Shown here: positions 1 to 10,278 of the stretch, piece after piece
Layout: the number at the start of each line of letters is the position of its first letter
Numbering within the stretch: the first letter of the stretch is position 1
Assembly: GCA_934086145.1 (NCBI GenBank)
Contig: CAKOHV010000006.1
Span: 568 to 64,567, forward strand
DNA from: an uncultured Bacilli bacterium
Lineage (GTDB): Bacteria; Bacillota_I; Bacilli_A; RF39; UBA660
DNA length: 64,000 bases
Direction of reading: 5' to 3'
Made by a program: the position numbers and the translations under genes
Notes under the pieces: model-generated
What the model saw: only the letters and a program-made list of their open reading frames with translations
Database searches by the model: none
What the model was told of the DNA's origin: nothing

Positions 1-1012
1 AGCCATTAGGATAAAGCTGACCAGTAACATAAACTCCGTTCCAATCCGTATAATTTTGTAAATTGCATCCCCAAATAGCAGGTCCTACAAAATTGGCTTT
101 TAAATCTTTTATTTTCTTCGTACTTAAATATAAGCCCTTATGATAATAGCGTCCTTCACCGTCGACATATTGATATGGTTCATAATTTTCAAGTCGACCA
201 TTTTCATAAAAGTAAGGTACTCGATAAGAAAAATCCAAGGTCAAAAATCTTGCCGCAGCTACAACTCCGGCTCTTGTTTGATAACCAGCTTCCTTTATTT
301 TTTCTTCTAGTATGTCATCAAGCAACTGCGCTTCATCATCACTAAATTGACGACATTTTACATATTCTTTTTTAGCTGATGCATCTGGTTTTTCAATCAA
401 ATTAGTAACAATTACTTTTACTTCACCATAGTAGTTTTCTTTATAAATGGCTTTAATTGTCGTTGTTCCGGCGCTTATTCCTGAAATAATTCCATTATTA
501 TCAACTGTTGCTATCTTTTCATCGTCACTTTTCCATTGAACAGTTTGAATATTTTCATCATTAACATTAACCTTTTGTTGTTGTGTTGGATACAAATAAA
601 TGTTTTCATTACTCATTGGTATTTTTTTGATATTTTTTTCTTTCTGTTTTCTTTTATCAACATCACTTATGTTACCGTAACTATCTTTAACATAAACATC
701 ATAGCTAGATAAATCTGTTATAAAACTACAATAACCATTATTAGCTTTTACCCAACCACTATCATTAACATTAGGTACGCCATTTGTTTCGACTAATAAA
801 CACCATGTTGTTTTATTAAATTTAAAAAAGTAATTTTCAACTTCGACATTAACAATTTTTTTATCAGGGTATCTAATACTATCGGCTGTTGTGATATTGG
901 TGATATATGGTGCTACAAAAAAATTACCAAAAACTATCGCCGCAATCAAAGCAATAAAAATAAAAAATAGTATAAATCTAAAAACATAATTCCTTTTTAA
1001 TCTTTTTTTCAT
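1..1012 (-). CDS. Partial CDS (runs off the window) for an N-anchored or secreted protein with a Big_2-type Ig-like domain; probably the N-terminal part of a cell-wall hydrolase
   Basis: Absent from the ORF track. The reverse strand from ATG at 1012-1010 reads MKKRLKRNYVFRFILFFIFIALIAAIVFG (signal anchor), then VQWKSDDEKIATVDNNGIISGISAGTTTIKAIY (Big_2-like), then GRYYHKGLYLS...GQLYPNG, and stays open to position 1. Confidence 0.6.
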   Translation of the reverse strand, partial: MKKRLKRNYVFRFILFFIFIALIAAIVFGNFFVAPYITNITTADSIRYPDKKIVNVEVENYFFKFNKTTWCLLVETNGVPNVNDSGWVKANNGYCSFITDLSSYDVYVKDSYGNISDVDKRKQKEKNIKKIPMSNENIYLYPTQQQKVNVNDENIQTVQWKSDDEKIATVDNNGIISGISAGTTTIKAIYKENYYGEVKVIVTNLIEKPDASAKKEYVKCRQFSDDEAQLLDDILEEKIKEAGYQTRAGVVAAARFLTLDFSYRVPYFYENGRLENYEPYQYVDGEGRYYHKGLYLSTKKIKDLKANFVGPAIWGCNLQNYTDWNGVYVTGQLYPNG

Positions 1013-1144
1013 ATTGAGCCCCAATCCACAAAAATTATAACATATTCACTAAAATAATGTATAAAATATATAAAGCGTTTAATTTAATCTGTGACAAACT
1101 TTTAAATAGATAGTATAATTAATTTAGAATAAGAGAGGGATCAT

Positions 1145-2812
1145 ATGGCAACGAACAAAACAACTGTAACTTTTCAAGATGAATCAACTTTAGAAATTGA
1201 AAGAGGAACAACTTTATATGAACTTAGTAAAATTTATCAGCCTAAGATGAAAGATAAAATAGTTGGTGCTGAAATAAATAACGAAACTGTTTCTTTAGAA
1301 ACTAAAATAAATAAAAATACTAAAGTTAATTTTATTGATATGAACAGTGTAAATGGTTATAAAATAAATAAGTATGGTTTGAATTTTGTTATTGAAGTGG
1401 CTTTAAAGGAAGTTTTTAATGAAACTTTTGAAGTGACTTTTGATCATTCAATAGCAAATGGCTTACATATGACAATCATTGGTGAACGTCGTTTTACCTT
1501 GAATGACGCACAAAAGTTAAGAGCCCGTATGAATGAAATCATCGAAAAAGATGAACGAATTTATAATTTGAATGTTGAAAAGAAAGAAGCCATAAATTAC
1601 TATAATAAACAAAAATCTCCAGAGAAAGCTGCTAACATTCACAATGTTACTAATAACATTGTAACAGTTTATAAATTAAGAAATTATATCAACTATTTTT
1701 ATTCTGAAATGCCTTATAGTACAGGATGCTTATCAAAATATGATTTGATTTTCTTAGGATATAATAAATTAGTTTTATTATTCCCATCACCATGTACTAA
1801 ATATAAGGTTCCTGAATACATTCATTATCAAAATGTTATTGAATGTTTTGATAAAAGTAAAAAATGGATTAGTGCTTTAGGAATCCCATATTTGGCTGAT
1901 ATGAATAAAACGATATCTGATTGTAAAATAGAAGGGTTGATTAAAATAGTTGAGACTAATTTCAATAATGAAATTTACGAATTAGTCGATGATATTATAA
2001 AGTCTAAATGTAAGTATGTTTGCTTAGCTGGACCATCTTCATCAGGTAAAACTACTACTACTAAAAAAGTCGCTTTGCAATTAAGAAGCCGAGGTTATGA
2101 AACTTTAGTTTTGTCAATTGATAATTATTTTAAAGAAAAAGTTGATTCTCCTGTTGATGAAAATGGGGAATATAATTTCGAAAGTCTTGAAGCTCTTGAT
2201 ATAAAATTATTAAATAAGCAATTAAAAGATTTGGCCCAAGGTAAGAAAGTGTTTTTACCTGAATATAACTTTGTTGAAGGTAAAAAAGAGTTTAGTAAAA
2301 TACCTACTAAATTATCTGATAAATGTATCATTTTGATGGAAGGTTTGCATTCTATTAATGATAAAATGACTCCTGATTTAGATCCATCTTTAAAATACAA
2401 AGTATATTTAAGTCCTTTTATACCACTTAATATAGATAAACATAATTATATATCAACAACCGATTTGCGATTGCTTCGCCGTATAGTTAGAGATAATCGT
2501 ACTCGTGCTACTGATGTTGGTGAGACAATCAGCTATTGGAACAGAGTTCGTGATGGCGAAGAAAAATATATTTTTCCATATATAAATAATATAAATCGTA
2601 TTGTTAACACTTCCTTAGTTTATGAAGTAGGTGTTTTAAAAGTTTATGCTGAGCCATTATTATATTCAGTAAAAAGTAATTCTAAAGCTTATAATGAAGC
2701 TCGAAGGTTAATAAATTTCTTGCGTGGTTTCTTCCCAATTCCATCAGATTATGTTACGGACGATTCCATTTTACGTGAGTTTATAGGCAAAAGTATATTT
2801 GAAAGTGTTTAA
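1145..2812 (+). CDS. TGS-like domain / uridine-kinase-family P-loop kinase fusion protein
   Basis: 555 aa. Walker A AGPSSSGKTTT in the middle, followed by a PRK/uridine-kinase-like region (ILMEGLH, LRRIVRDNRTRA). The N-terminal ~60 aa looks like a TGS beta-grasp. Confidence 0.65.
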   Translation: MATNKTTVTFQDESTLEIERGTTLYELSKIYQPKMKDKIVGAEINNETVSLETKINKNTKVNFIDMNSVNGYKINKYGLNFVIEVALKEVFNETFEVTFDHSIANGLHMTIIGERRFTLNDAQKLRARMNEIIEKDERIYNLNVEKKEAINYYNKQKSPEKAANIHNVTNNIVTVYKLRNYINYFYSEMPYSTGCLSKYDLIFLGYNKLVLLFPSPCTKYKVPEYIHYQNVIECFDKSKKWISALGIPYLADMNKTISDCKIEGLIKIVETNFNNEIYELVDDIIKSKCKYVCLAGPSSSGKTTTTKKVALQLRSRGYETLVLSIDNYFKEKVDSPVDENGEYNFESLEALDIKLLNKQLKDLAQGKKVFLPEYNFVEGKKEFSKIPTKLSDKCIILMEGLHSINDKMTPDLDPSLKYKVYLSPFIPLNIDKHNYISTTDLRLLRRIVRDNRTRATDVGETISYWNRVRDGEEKYIFPYINNINRIVNTSLVYEVGVLKVYAEPLLYSVKSNSKAYNEARRLINFLRGFFPIPSDYVTDDSILREFIGKSIFESV

Positions 2813-2839
2813 TTTTAAGAAAAGAAAGTAGGAATAAAA

Positions 2840-3847
2840 ATGATAAAAGTAGCAATTAACGGCTTTGGCCGTATCGGAAGATTAGCTTTCCGTGAAATGA
2901 TTACAGGAAATGAATTTGACGTTGTCGCAATAAATGACTTAACAGATGCAGAAACGTTAGCTTATTTATTGAAATATGACACTAATCATCGTTCATTTCA
3001 TGAAGACAAAATTACCTTTGAAAATGATGAAATAATAATAAATAATATTAAAAGAATAAAAGTTTATTCAGAAAAAGATCCAATCAATTTACCTTGGAAG
3101 GATCTAGAGGTAGACGTAGTCTTGGAATGTACGGGGTTATTTACTAAAAAAGAAGACGCTGCTAAACACATTGCAGCTGGTGCTAAAAAAGTTATAATTT
3201 CTGCTCCTGGTAAGGGGGATATGAAAACAATTGTTTACAATGTTAATGACGAAATTTTAGATGGTTCTGAAGAAATAATTTCTGCAGCCTCTTGTACAAC
3301 AAATTGCTTAGCTCCAGTCTTAAAAGTTATTGAAGACAATATTGGTATAAAAAAAGGCTTTATGACAACTGTTCATGCCTATACTAATGACCAAGCAACT
3401 TTGGATATCCCTCACAAAAAAGGTATCTTAGCTCGTCGTGGTCGTGCTTGTGCCATGAATATTGTTCCAGCTTCAACAGGAGCTGCTAGTGCAATTGGTA
3501 AAGTTATCCCTTCTATTGATGGTAAACTTGATGGTAATGCCTTTAGAGTACCAGTTAGTGATGGTTCTGTAGTTGATGTAACTCTTGAATTAGAAAGAGA
3601 TACAACTGTAGATGAAATCAACACTTTGTTTAAAAATAACACTAATGAAACATTACAATTAACAATGGATCCTGTTGTATCTAGTGATATCTTAGGTAAG
3701 AAAACAGGGGCTCTTGTTGATGGTTTATCAACTAAAGTTTTAAATACTCCTGAAGGTCAATTAGTCAAAATTGTAGCTTGGTATGACAATGAAATGGGCT
3801 ATACTGCTCAAATGATGAGAACTGCTAAAAAATTAATGGAAAAATAA
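2840..3847 (+). CDS. gap: Glyceraldehyde-3-phosphate dehydrogenase
   Basis: INGFGRIGR NAD-binding motif and catalytic SCTTNCLAP; WYDNEMGY near the C-terminus. Confidence 0.96.
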   Translation: MIKVAINGFGRIGRLAFREMITGNEFDVVAINDLTDAETLAYLLKYDTNHRSFHEDKITFENDEIIINNIKRIKVYSEKDPINLPWKDLEVDVVLECTGLFTKKEDAAKHIAAGAKKVIISAPGKGDMKTIVYNVNDEILDGSEEIISAASCTTNCLAPVLKVIEDNIGIKKGFMTTVHAYTNDQATLDIPHKKGILARRGRACAMNIVPASTGAASAIGKVIPSIDGKLDGNAFRVPVSDGSVVDVTLELERDTTVDEINTLFKNNTNETLQLTMDPVVSSDILGKKTGALVDGLSTKVLNTPEGQLVKIVAWYDNEMGYTAQMMRTAKKLMEK

Positions 3848-3965
3848 AAGCTTTAAAGCTTTTTTTTCTTTTACAGAAAAGTTAAAATGTACAGAAAATG
3901 CCATCTTCCAAAAATTCTTCTTGTTAATAAAGTTAAGATATTCTATAATTATAATAGGTGATAAT

Positions 3966-5153
3966 ATGAAGAGAAGAATCCAAGATGTAGACGTTAAAGG
4001 AAAAAGAGTTCTATTGCGTTGTGATTTTAATGTACCTATTAAAGATGGTCATATTCTTGATGACAGCAAGATTGTTGAATCACTAACAACAATTGAATAC
4101 CTTATTAGACAAGGGGCTAAAATTATTATTCTTTCTCACTTTGGAAAAGTTAAAAGTGAAGAAGATAAAGCTAAAAATAGCTTGATGCCTGTTGCTAAAC
4201 ATCTACAAACATTAGTTAGTAGTAAAGTAATCTTTTCTACACAAACAAGAAGCACTTATCTATCTGCAAAAATAGAAGAAATGCAACCTGGTGACATTTT
4301 AGTTTTGGAAAATACCAGATTTGAAGATGTTCCGGGTAAACTTGAAAGTGGAAATGATCCACAACTAGCTATGTATTGGGCTGATCTTGCTGATATTTTT
4401 TGCTTAGATGCTTTTGGTTCTTGTCACCGCAAACATGCGTCAACATATGGAGTGGCCAAATATTTGCCAAATTGCATTGGCTTTTTGGTCCAAAAAGAAA
4501 TTACTATGTTAGATAAGTATGTTTTAAATGCTGAAAAACCATTTACGATTCTAATGGGTGGAGCAAAAGTGGAAGATAAAGTCGCTTTAATAGAAGCTCT
4601 TTTACCGCTTTGCGATAACTTGTTATTGACTGGTGGTATTGCCAACTCTTGTCTTCAAACTTTAGGATACGATGTTGGTGAATCGATAAGAACAAAAGAT
4701 CAAGCAACTATTGAAAAATTAAAAAATATATTAATTAGCAACAAAGAAAAAATAATGTTGCCTGTTGATGCAATTGTTAGTCGAAATTACAATGAAGATT
4801 ATGTAGATCACGTCAGTATAAACAATGTTGAAACTGATGATGTTATCTATGATATCGGCATGAAGACAGTTAATAAGTATAAGGAAGTTATTAATAAATC
4901 GGCTACAATATTTGTTAACGGAACTGCCGGCAAATACGAAGATATTCGTTTTGCGACTGGTACTCGTGAATTGCTAAATGCAATTGGAGATAGCCAAGCT
5001 ACCAAAGTTGTTGGTGGTGGAGATGGCGTTAGTGCTGTTAAGAATTTTAAACTAGCTGAAAAGTTTACTTTCTTATCAACTGGTGGTGGAGCAACCCTAG
5101 AATATATAATAAATAAGGGTTTGCCTGCTATAGACAACATTTCAGAAAAGTAA
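3966..5153 (+). CDS. pgk: Phosphoglycerate kinase
   Basis: KRVLLRCDFNVP N-terminus, GGAKVEDK and STGGGA motifs. Start moved to the ATG at 3966 (MKRRIQDVD) inside the longer ORF 3921..5153. Confidence 0.95.
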   Translation: MKRRIQDVDVKGKRVLLRCDFNVPIKDGHILDDSKIVESLTTIEYLIRQGAKIIILSHFGKVKSEEDKAKNSLMPVAKHLQTLVSSKVIFSTQTRSTYLSAKIEEMQPGDILVLENTRFEDVPGKLESGNDPQLAMYWADLADIFCLDAFGSCHRKHASTYGVAKYLPNCIGFLVQKEITMLDKYVLNAEKPFTILMGGAKVEDKVALIEALLPLCDNLLLTGGIANSCLQTLGYDVGESIRTKDQATIEKLKNILISNKEKIMLPVDAIVSRNYNEDYVDHVSINNVETDDVIYDIGMKTVNKYKEVINKSATIFVNGTAGKYEDIRFATGTRELLNAIGDSQATKVVGGGDGVSAVKNFKLAEKFTFLSTGGGATLEYIINKGLPAIDNISEK

Positions 5154-5492
5154 CAATTAGTTTCTAATAAAACAGCAAGAAGCATAAAATCACCAAAATA
5201 AAGATTTTCACATCTTTAAAAATTCAGGGGGACAAAATAAGCAACTAGAAACCTCTTTTAATAATAAAAAATGGATTATAAAAAAATAATCACTTCGATT
5301 TTAGACATAGTTAAGATTTTATTATCAACTTATCTTTAATTAATATGATGATTTGATAATTTTAAAATTTCTATCTAATTAAAATTTACTATCGATACTA
5401 TTTGCTAATGTATGATTAGAATTTTATAATCAGTTACGGTTAGCGTAACAAGGGAAAAAAACAAAATACAATTAAAACAAAAAAACTGCAAT

Positions 5493-5499
5493 TGTCGAA
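5493..5499 (+). promoter_or_regulatory. Candidate Spo0A-binding 0A box (TGTCGAA)
   Basis: Exact TGTCGAA heptamer in the 558-bp AT-rich spacer upstream of the spo0A-like gene. Confidence 0.45.
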
Positions 5500-5643
5500 C
5501 TATAATTGTTTAATGTTAAAATAAACTAGATTATGATTGTTAACCTAAAGTTAAGAGCTAAATAATTTTAGAGAAAAACTACAATGATAATCATTCGTAA
5601 TTGCAGAAACGAAATATTATTAAATATTAAATATTATTATCAA

Positions 5644-5650
5644 TTCGACA
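5644..5650 (-). promoter_or_regulatory. Candidate Spo0A-binding 0A box (TGTCGAA on the reverse strand)
   Basis: TTCGACA on the plus strand, about 70 nt upstream of the spo0A-like start codon, in inverted orientation to the box at 5493. Confidence 0.45.
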
Positions 5651-5718
5651 AATTAACACATAAATCCCAAAATTAAAACTTTATAATTTATAAAAAAGTA
5701 AAGGAAAGAGAATGGGTA

Positions 5719-6480
5719 ATGAAGAAAGAAATTAAATTGTTGATTGTAGGAAGTATTGATGATGTATCTAAGCTTAAGCAATGCCTAACTAATCAAGGCA
5801 CAGATATTATTATTAAATATGAAGCAAATGATTATAAAAAAGCATTAGAAATAATAAATGATAGTAAGAATGAAATTGATGCCATCCTTGTTGATGGAAT
5901 GTTAGAAGGCCAAAATGTTTTAGAACTTTTAACTAATTATAAAAATAAATGGTTATTGCAAAGAACCATAATAATCGATAATATTAAATTAGATTGTTAT
6001 AATTTAACAAATTCGATGTATCAAATTTATAATATCATTCCAAAGAACTATAAAATATCAGATTTGGTATTGTTCTTAAATGAAATATCCGAAAAAAATC
6101 AAACTTATAATTTTAAGAAAATGGATATTTATGATAAAATTTCTTACATGTTGAAGAAATTAGGAATAGCTCCTGATAAAAATGGTTTCCATTATTTACG
6201 TAAAGCTATCTATGAATGTTATAAAGATCCATCACTGTTAACTAGCATAACAAAACGTATATATCCGTTAGTTTCTAAGACTTTTGATAAAAAAGAAAGT
6301 TGTATCGAAAGATCTATGAGAAGCGCTATTGAAACGGGTTGGGATAGAGGCAATTACGAATATACTGCGGAATTATTTGCTAATTGTCTTGACTATTACA
6401 AGTCAAAACCTACTAATGGTGAATTCGTTGCCATAATAGTAGATAAATTATTATTAGAAGATGGAAAAGTTACTTATTAA
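5719..6480 (+). CDS. spo0A: Spo0A-like response regulator (degenerate receiver domain plus Spo0A C-terminal DNA-binding domain)
   Basis: C-terminal half reads GIAPDKNGFHYLRKAI...ITKRIYPLVSKTF...IERSMRSAIETGWDRGN...KPTNGEFVAIIVDKLLLE. This aligns with the B. subtilis Spo0A C-domain as I recall it (IKGYLYLREAI, VERAIRHAIEVAWSRGN, KPTNSEFIAMVADKLRLE). Confidence 0.85.
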   Translation: MKKEIKLLIVGSIDDVSKLKQCLTNQGTDIIIKYEANDYKKALEIINDSKNEIDAILVDGMLEGQNVLELLTNYKNKWLLQRTIIIDNIKLDCYNLTNSMYQIYNIIPKNYKISDLVLFLNEISEKNQTYNFKKMDIYDKISYMLKKLGIAPDKNGFHYLRKAIYECYKDPSLLTSITKRIYPLVSKTFDKKESCIERSMRSAIETGWDRGNYEYTAELFANCLDYYKSKPTNGEFVAIIVDKLLLEDGKVTY

Positions 6481-6546
6481 AAAAATTACAAGTTTTTTGT
6501 AATTTTTTTTTAGTTATGCTATCCTATTAATAGGAGATTAGATAAA

Positions 6547-8043
6547 ATGAAAAAAATACTAACTATTATTTTAGATGGCTTAGGAATGCGCGAAGATATT
6601 TATGGTAACGCTGTTAAAAATGCCGGAATGAATAATTTTATAAATATATGGAATAATTATCCTCATTGTTTGCTAAAATCTTCAGGAACTAATGTTGGTC
6701 TTTCTGATAACGAAGCTGGTTTTAGTGAACTAAATCATAAAATAATTGGAGCTGGCCGTGATGTGAAAAATAGACATCAAATTATCGAAGAGGCCATAAA
6801 TAGAAAAGCTCTTTCGAGGAATCCTCACCTTAATGAAATTGTTGATTACTTAAATACAACTGGTAAAAATATTCATTTGATTTTTCTAGTATCGCAAGAT
6901 AGAATGTCTTCTGATGTAAAACACTTACAATATATTATAACCTTCTTAGAATCACGTAATATTTCTAATATATATATTGATTTAGTAGCTGATGGCCAAA
7001 ATTCTGATAAATATTTTTTTTCCAAAATAATTCCATTAATTGAAAATAAGAATAAGTATGCTAAAATTTCTTCTATTTGTGGACTTTATTATGCTTTTGA
7101 TAAAGATAAAAATTATACCAAAACGGAAACTTATTATAAATTGTTAGTTAATGGTCATGGAGTAGCCACTCCTGATATTGCAAAAATTATTAACTTATGT
7201 TACAAAAAGGGGCTAACTGATGATTTTTTGCCGCCTATAAAAACAAATGAGTTTGTTCCTTTACAACAGAAAGATGTCGTATTCTTTTTAAACTATAGCC
7301 GCGATAATCAAGCTCAAATCTTAGAAAGTCTTGCTGACAAAGATTTCGAAAAATTTAAAATTACTAAATTATTTTTAAAAATATATAGTTTTTTTGAAAT
7401 AAGCAATAAAGTCAAAATTCGTCCCTTATTTGAAGACCCAGTAATAAACAATACTATATGTGAATACATTGACCAATTAGGTTTAAATCAAGCTAAAATT
7501 GCAGAAAGTTTAAAAGAGGATTCTTTATTTTATTACTTTGATGGTGAAAAGAATATTTCGTTAACCAATTGTGATAACTATCTTATACCTTCACCGGTTG
7601 TTGATCATTTTGAAAAAAAACCAGAATTAAATGCGCTTGCTGTCGCTAAGGCGATCATAAAATGTATGGAAAATGATTACGATTTTATTATTGCCAATTT
7701 TGCTAATCCGGATGTCCTAGGCCATACAGGAAATTATCAGGCAACGATAAATGGCTTGCAAGCAGTCGATGTTTGTTTAGGAAAAATTATTGAAGTAGCT
7801 AAAGATAATTTTTATAAGGTTGTTATTATAGGTAGTCATGGTAATGCTGATACTATCATTGATAGGGAAAATAATATTATAACTAAAAACACACTTAGTC
7901 CTGTTCCTTTTGTTATTTTGGATAAAAAAATAAAATTAAAGAATGGCAATTTAAAAAGTTTTGCTCCAACAATCCTTCAATACATGGATATTGCTTTGCC
8001 AAAAGAGATGAGAGAAACTGAATCTTTATTTGCTAATGATTAA
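6547..8043 (+). CDS. gpmI: 2,3-bisphosphoglycerate-independent phosphoglycerate mutase homolog (divergent)
   Basis: ILDGLGMRE N-terminus, GFSELNH...GAGR, ANFANPDVLGHTG and GSHGNAD motifs in iPGM order. Several motifs deviate from the consensus. Confidence 0.8.
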   Translation: MKKILTIILDGLGMREDIYGNAVKNAGMNNFINIWNNYPHCLLKSSGTNVGLSDNEAGFSELNHKIIGAGRDVKNRHQIIEEAINRKALSRNPHLNEIVDYLNTTGKNIHLIFLVSQDRMSSDVKHLQYIITFLESRNISNIYIDLVADGQNSDKYFFSKIIPLIENKNKYAKISSICGLYYAFDKDKNYTKTETYYKLLVNGHGVATPDIAKIINLCYKKGLTDDFLPPIKTNEFVPLQQKDVVFFLNYSRDNQAQILESLADKDFEKFKITKLFLKIYSFFEISNKVKIRPLFEDPVINNTICEYIDQLGLNQAKIAESLKEDSLFYYFDGEKNISLTNCDNYLIPSPVVDHFEKKPELNALAVAKAIIKCMENDYDFIIANFANPDVLGHTGNYQATINGLQAVDVCLGKIIEVAKDNFYKVVIIGSHGNADTIIDRENNIITKNTLSPVPFVILDKKIKLKNGNLKSFAPTILQYMDIALPKEMRETESLFAND

Positions 8044-8102
8044 GTCAAGCTTTAACGTTTGTTGAATCTTGTCTTTTTTTGTAAAAAAATGCATAAAAAC
8101 GC

Positions 8103-8253
8103 TTGCTTTTAGTGATATTGTCTGCTATAATCAAACTCGTATGACTGCTTAGATGTGTGAGGTTGCCGATACACTAGGGGGAGTTGTAGGACAAAACCTA
8201 ATCGGGGAATTCATTCGGAGCGAGTCTATACTAGATATAGGCGAAGGGAGGAC
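8103..8253 (+). promoter_or_regulatory. S10-operon promoter (TTGCTT-17-TATAAT) and ~120-nt 5' leader
   Basis: TTGCTT at 8103-8108, a 17-nt spacer and TATAAT at 8126-8131. The following leader is noticeably more GC-rich than neighbouring spacers (ggttgccgatacactaggggg...cggggaattcattcggagcgag). Confidence 0.6.
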
Positions 8254-8259
8254 ATGCAA

Positions 8260-8565
8260 ATGTCAAGTAACAAAGTTCGTATTACTCTAAAAGCTTACGA
8301 TCATAGAACTTTAGATCAAGCTTGCGGAAAGATAGTTGAAACTGTTAAAAGAACTGGGGGCGTAGTTGTTGGACCAGTACCTCTTCCTACAGAAGTAGAA
8401 AAGGTTACTGTTCTTAGAGCTGTACATAAATACAAAGACTCTAGAGAACAATTTGAAAGTCGTACTCATAAAAGATTAATCGACATAAAAAGCCCTACAA
8501 AGGAAACTGTTGATGCATTAGCTCATTTGGATATTCCAAGTGGTGTTGCAATCACAATTAAATAA
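8260..8565 (+). CDS. rpsJ: 30S ribosomal protein S10
   Basis: [13 protein letters not shown] signature. GGGAGG lies 8 nt upstream of the ATG at 8260. Confidence 0.97.
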   Translation: MSSNKVRITLKAYDHRTLDQACGKIVETVKRTGGVVVGPVPLPTEVEKVTVLRAVHKYKDSREQFESRTHKRLIDIKSPTKETVDALAHLDIPSGVAITIK

Positions 8566-8583
8566 TAAATGGAGGAAAAAGAT

Positions 8584-9342
8584 ATGAAAGGAATCTTAGG
8601 ACGTAAAGTCGGAATGACTCAAGTTTTCACAAAAGAAGGAAAACTTATTCCTGTAACTGTCGTATCTGTTGAACCAAACGTTGTAACTCAAATCAAAACA
8701 ACTGAAACTGATGGTTACAATGCTGTTCAATTAGCAACAGTTGACAAGAAGACTAAAAACGCTAGTAAAGCAAGTATTGGTCATACCAAGAAAGCAAACA
8801 CAAATCCTAAGCGCTACTTAAAAGAAATTAAAAACCTTGAAGGTACTTATAGCTTAGGAGATACAATTAACGCTGACATATTCTCTGCTGGCGAATATGT
8901 TGATGTTACTGGAACAAGCAAAGGTCATGGAACTCAAGGTGTAATCAAACGTTGGAATCAATCAAGAGGACCTATGGCTCACGGATCTCGTTATCACAGA
9001 AGACCAGGTTCAATGGGAACAATGAGACCAATGCGTGTTCTTAAAGGTAAGAAATTACCAGGACATATGGGTGTTGAAACTACAACAATTCAAAACTTAG
9101 AAATTATAGAAGTTAACGCTAATGAAAATTATATTTTAGTAAGCGGAAATATTCCAGGTGCAAAACAATCTTTAGTTTTTATCAAATCAGCCGTTAAAAA
9201 ACATGAAAATGCTGAAGTAAAAGAAATACTTGAGTATGAAAATGAAACTGTTGTTGATGAAGTTGTAGAAGATACTACAGCTAACACTGCTGAAGAACCA
9301 GTAGTAGAAGCTCAAAAAGAAAACCAAGAGGAAAGTAAGTAA
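8584..9342 (+). CDS. rplC: 50S ribosomal protein L3 with an acidic C-terminal extension
   Basis: [14 protein letters not shown]-terminus. GGAGG lies 8 nt upstream of the ATG at 8584. About 45 extra acidic residues at the C-terminus. Confidence 0.96.
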   Translation: MKGILGRKVGMTQVFTKEGKLIPVTVVSVEPNVVTQIKTTETDGYNAVQLATVDKKTKNASKASIGHTKKANTNPKRYLKEIKNLEGTYSLGDTINADIFSAGEYVDVTGTSKGHGTQGVIKRWNQSRGPMAHGSRYHRRPGSMGTMRPMRVLKGKKLPGHMGVETTTIQNLEIIEVNANENYILVSGNIPGAKQSLVFIKSAVKKHENAEVKEILEYENETVVDEVVEDTTANTAEEPVVEAQKENQEESK

Positions 9343-9363
9343 TTACTTAGAAAGGTGATCTAA

Positions 9364-9987
9364 ATGGCAAAAATACAATTAATTAATAAAAAAGGCGAAA
9401 AACTAAAAGATATTACATTAGCAGATAATGTATGGAATGTTGAAGCTAATGATATTGTTTTGAAAAAAGCAATAGATTTACAATTAGCAGCTACAAGACA
9501 AGGTACAGCTAAAACTAAAACTCGTTCTGAAGTTTCTGGTGGTGGAAGAAAACCTTGGAGACAAAAAGGAACTGGTAGAGCTCGTCAAGGTTCTATTCGT
9601 GCTACACAATGGCGTGGCGGTGGAATTTCAGGTGGCGTAACACCAAGAGATTACACTTTCCAAATTAACAAAAAAGAAAGAGCTCTTGCTTTAAAAAGTG
9701 CTTTATCTTATAAATATCAAGCAAATGAATTAGTAGTAGTTGATAACATAAGCTTAGATGATTTAAAAACTAAGACAGTAAAAGATATTATTTCTACCCT
9801 TAAATTAAATGGTAAAGTTTTATTCGTTACTGGTGAAGAAAATGAAAATCTATACTTAGCAACAAGAAACCTAGGTTATGTTTACAATATACAAGCAAAC
9901 GAAATAAATTGTTATGACTTAATCAACGCAGATGTAGTTGTTTGCGATGAAAAAGCAATCGAAGTAATTGAAGGGGGACTTAAATAA
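9364..9987 (+). CDS. rplD: 50S ribosomal protein L4
   Basis: [19 protein letters not shown] motif; operon position. Confidence 0.97.
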   Translation: MAKIQLINKKGEKLKDITLADNVWNVEANDIVLKKAIDLQLAATRQGTAKTKTRSEVSGGGRKPWRQKGTGRARQGSIRATQWRGGGISGGVTPRDYTFQINKKERALALKSALSYKYQANELVVVDNISLDDLKTKTVKDIISTLKLNGKVLFVTGEENENLYLATRNLGYVYNIQANEINCYDLINADVVVCDEKAIEVIEGGLK

Positions 9988-10262
9988 TGAAAGATTATAC
10001 TGATATTATTATTGCACCTGTAATTACAGAAAAGTCAGCAGCAGCAGCTGAAAAGAATGTTTACACATTTAAAGTGGCTAGCGAAGCTAATAAAATTGAA
10101 ATCAAAAAGGCTATCGAAGAAGCTTTTGGTGTTAAAGTAGAAAAAGTAAATACTCTTAATACTAAATCAAAAGCAAAAAGAGTTGGTAGATATACAGGAA
10201 AAACTCAAACCTATAAAAAAGCTATTGTAACTCTTAAAGATGGCGAAAAAATAGAATTATAA
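9987..10262 (+). CDS. rplW: 50S ribosomal protein L23
   Basis: [10 protein letters not shown] motif; operon position. Confidence 0.96.
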   Translation: MKDYTDIIIAPVITEKSAAAAEKNVYTFKVASEANKIEIKKAIEEAFGVKVEKVNTLNTKSKAKRVGRYTGKTQTYKKAIVTLKDGEKIEL

Positions 10263-10278
10263 GAAGGAGAGAAGAATA

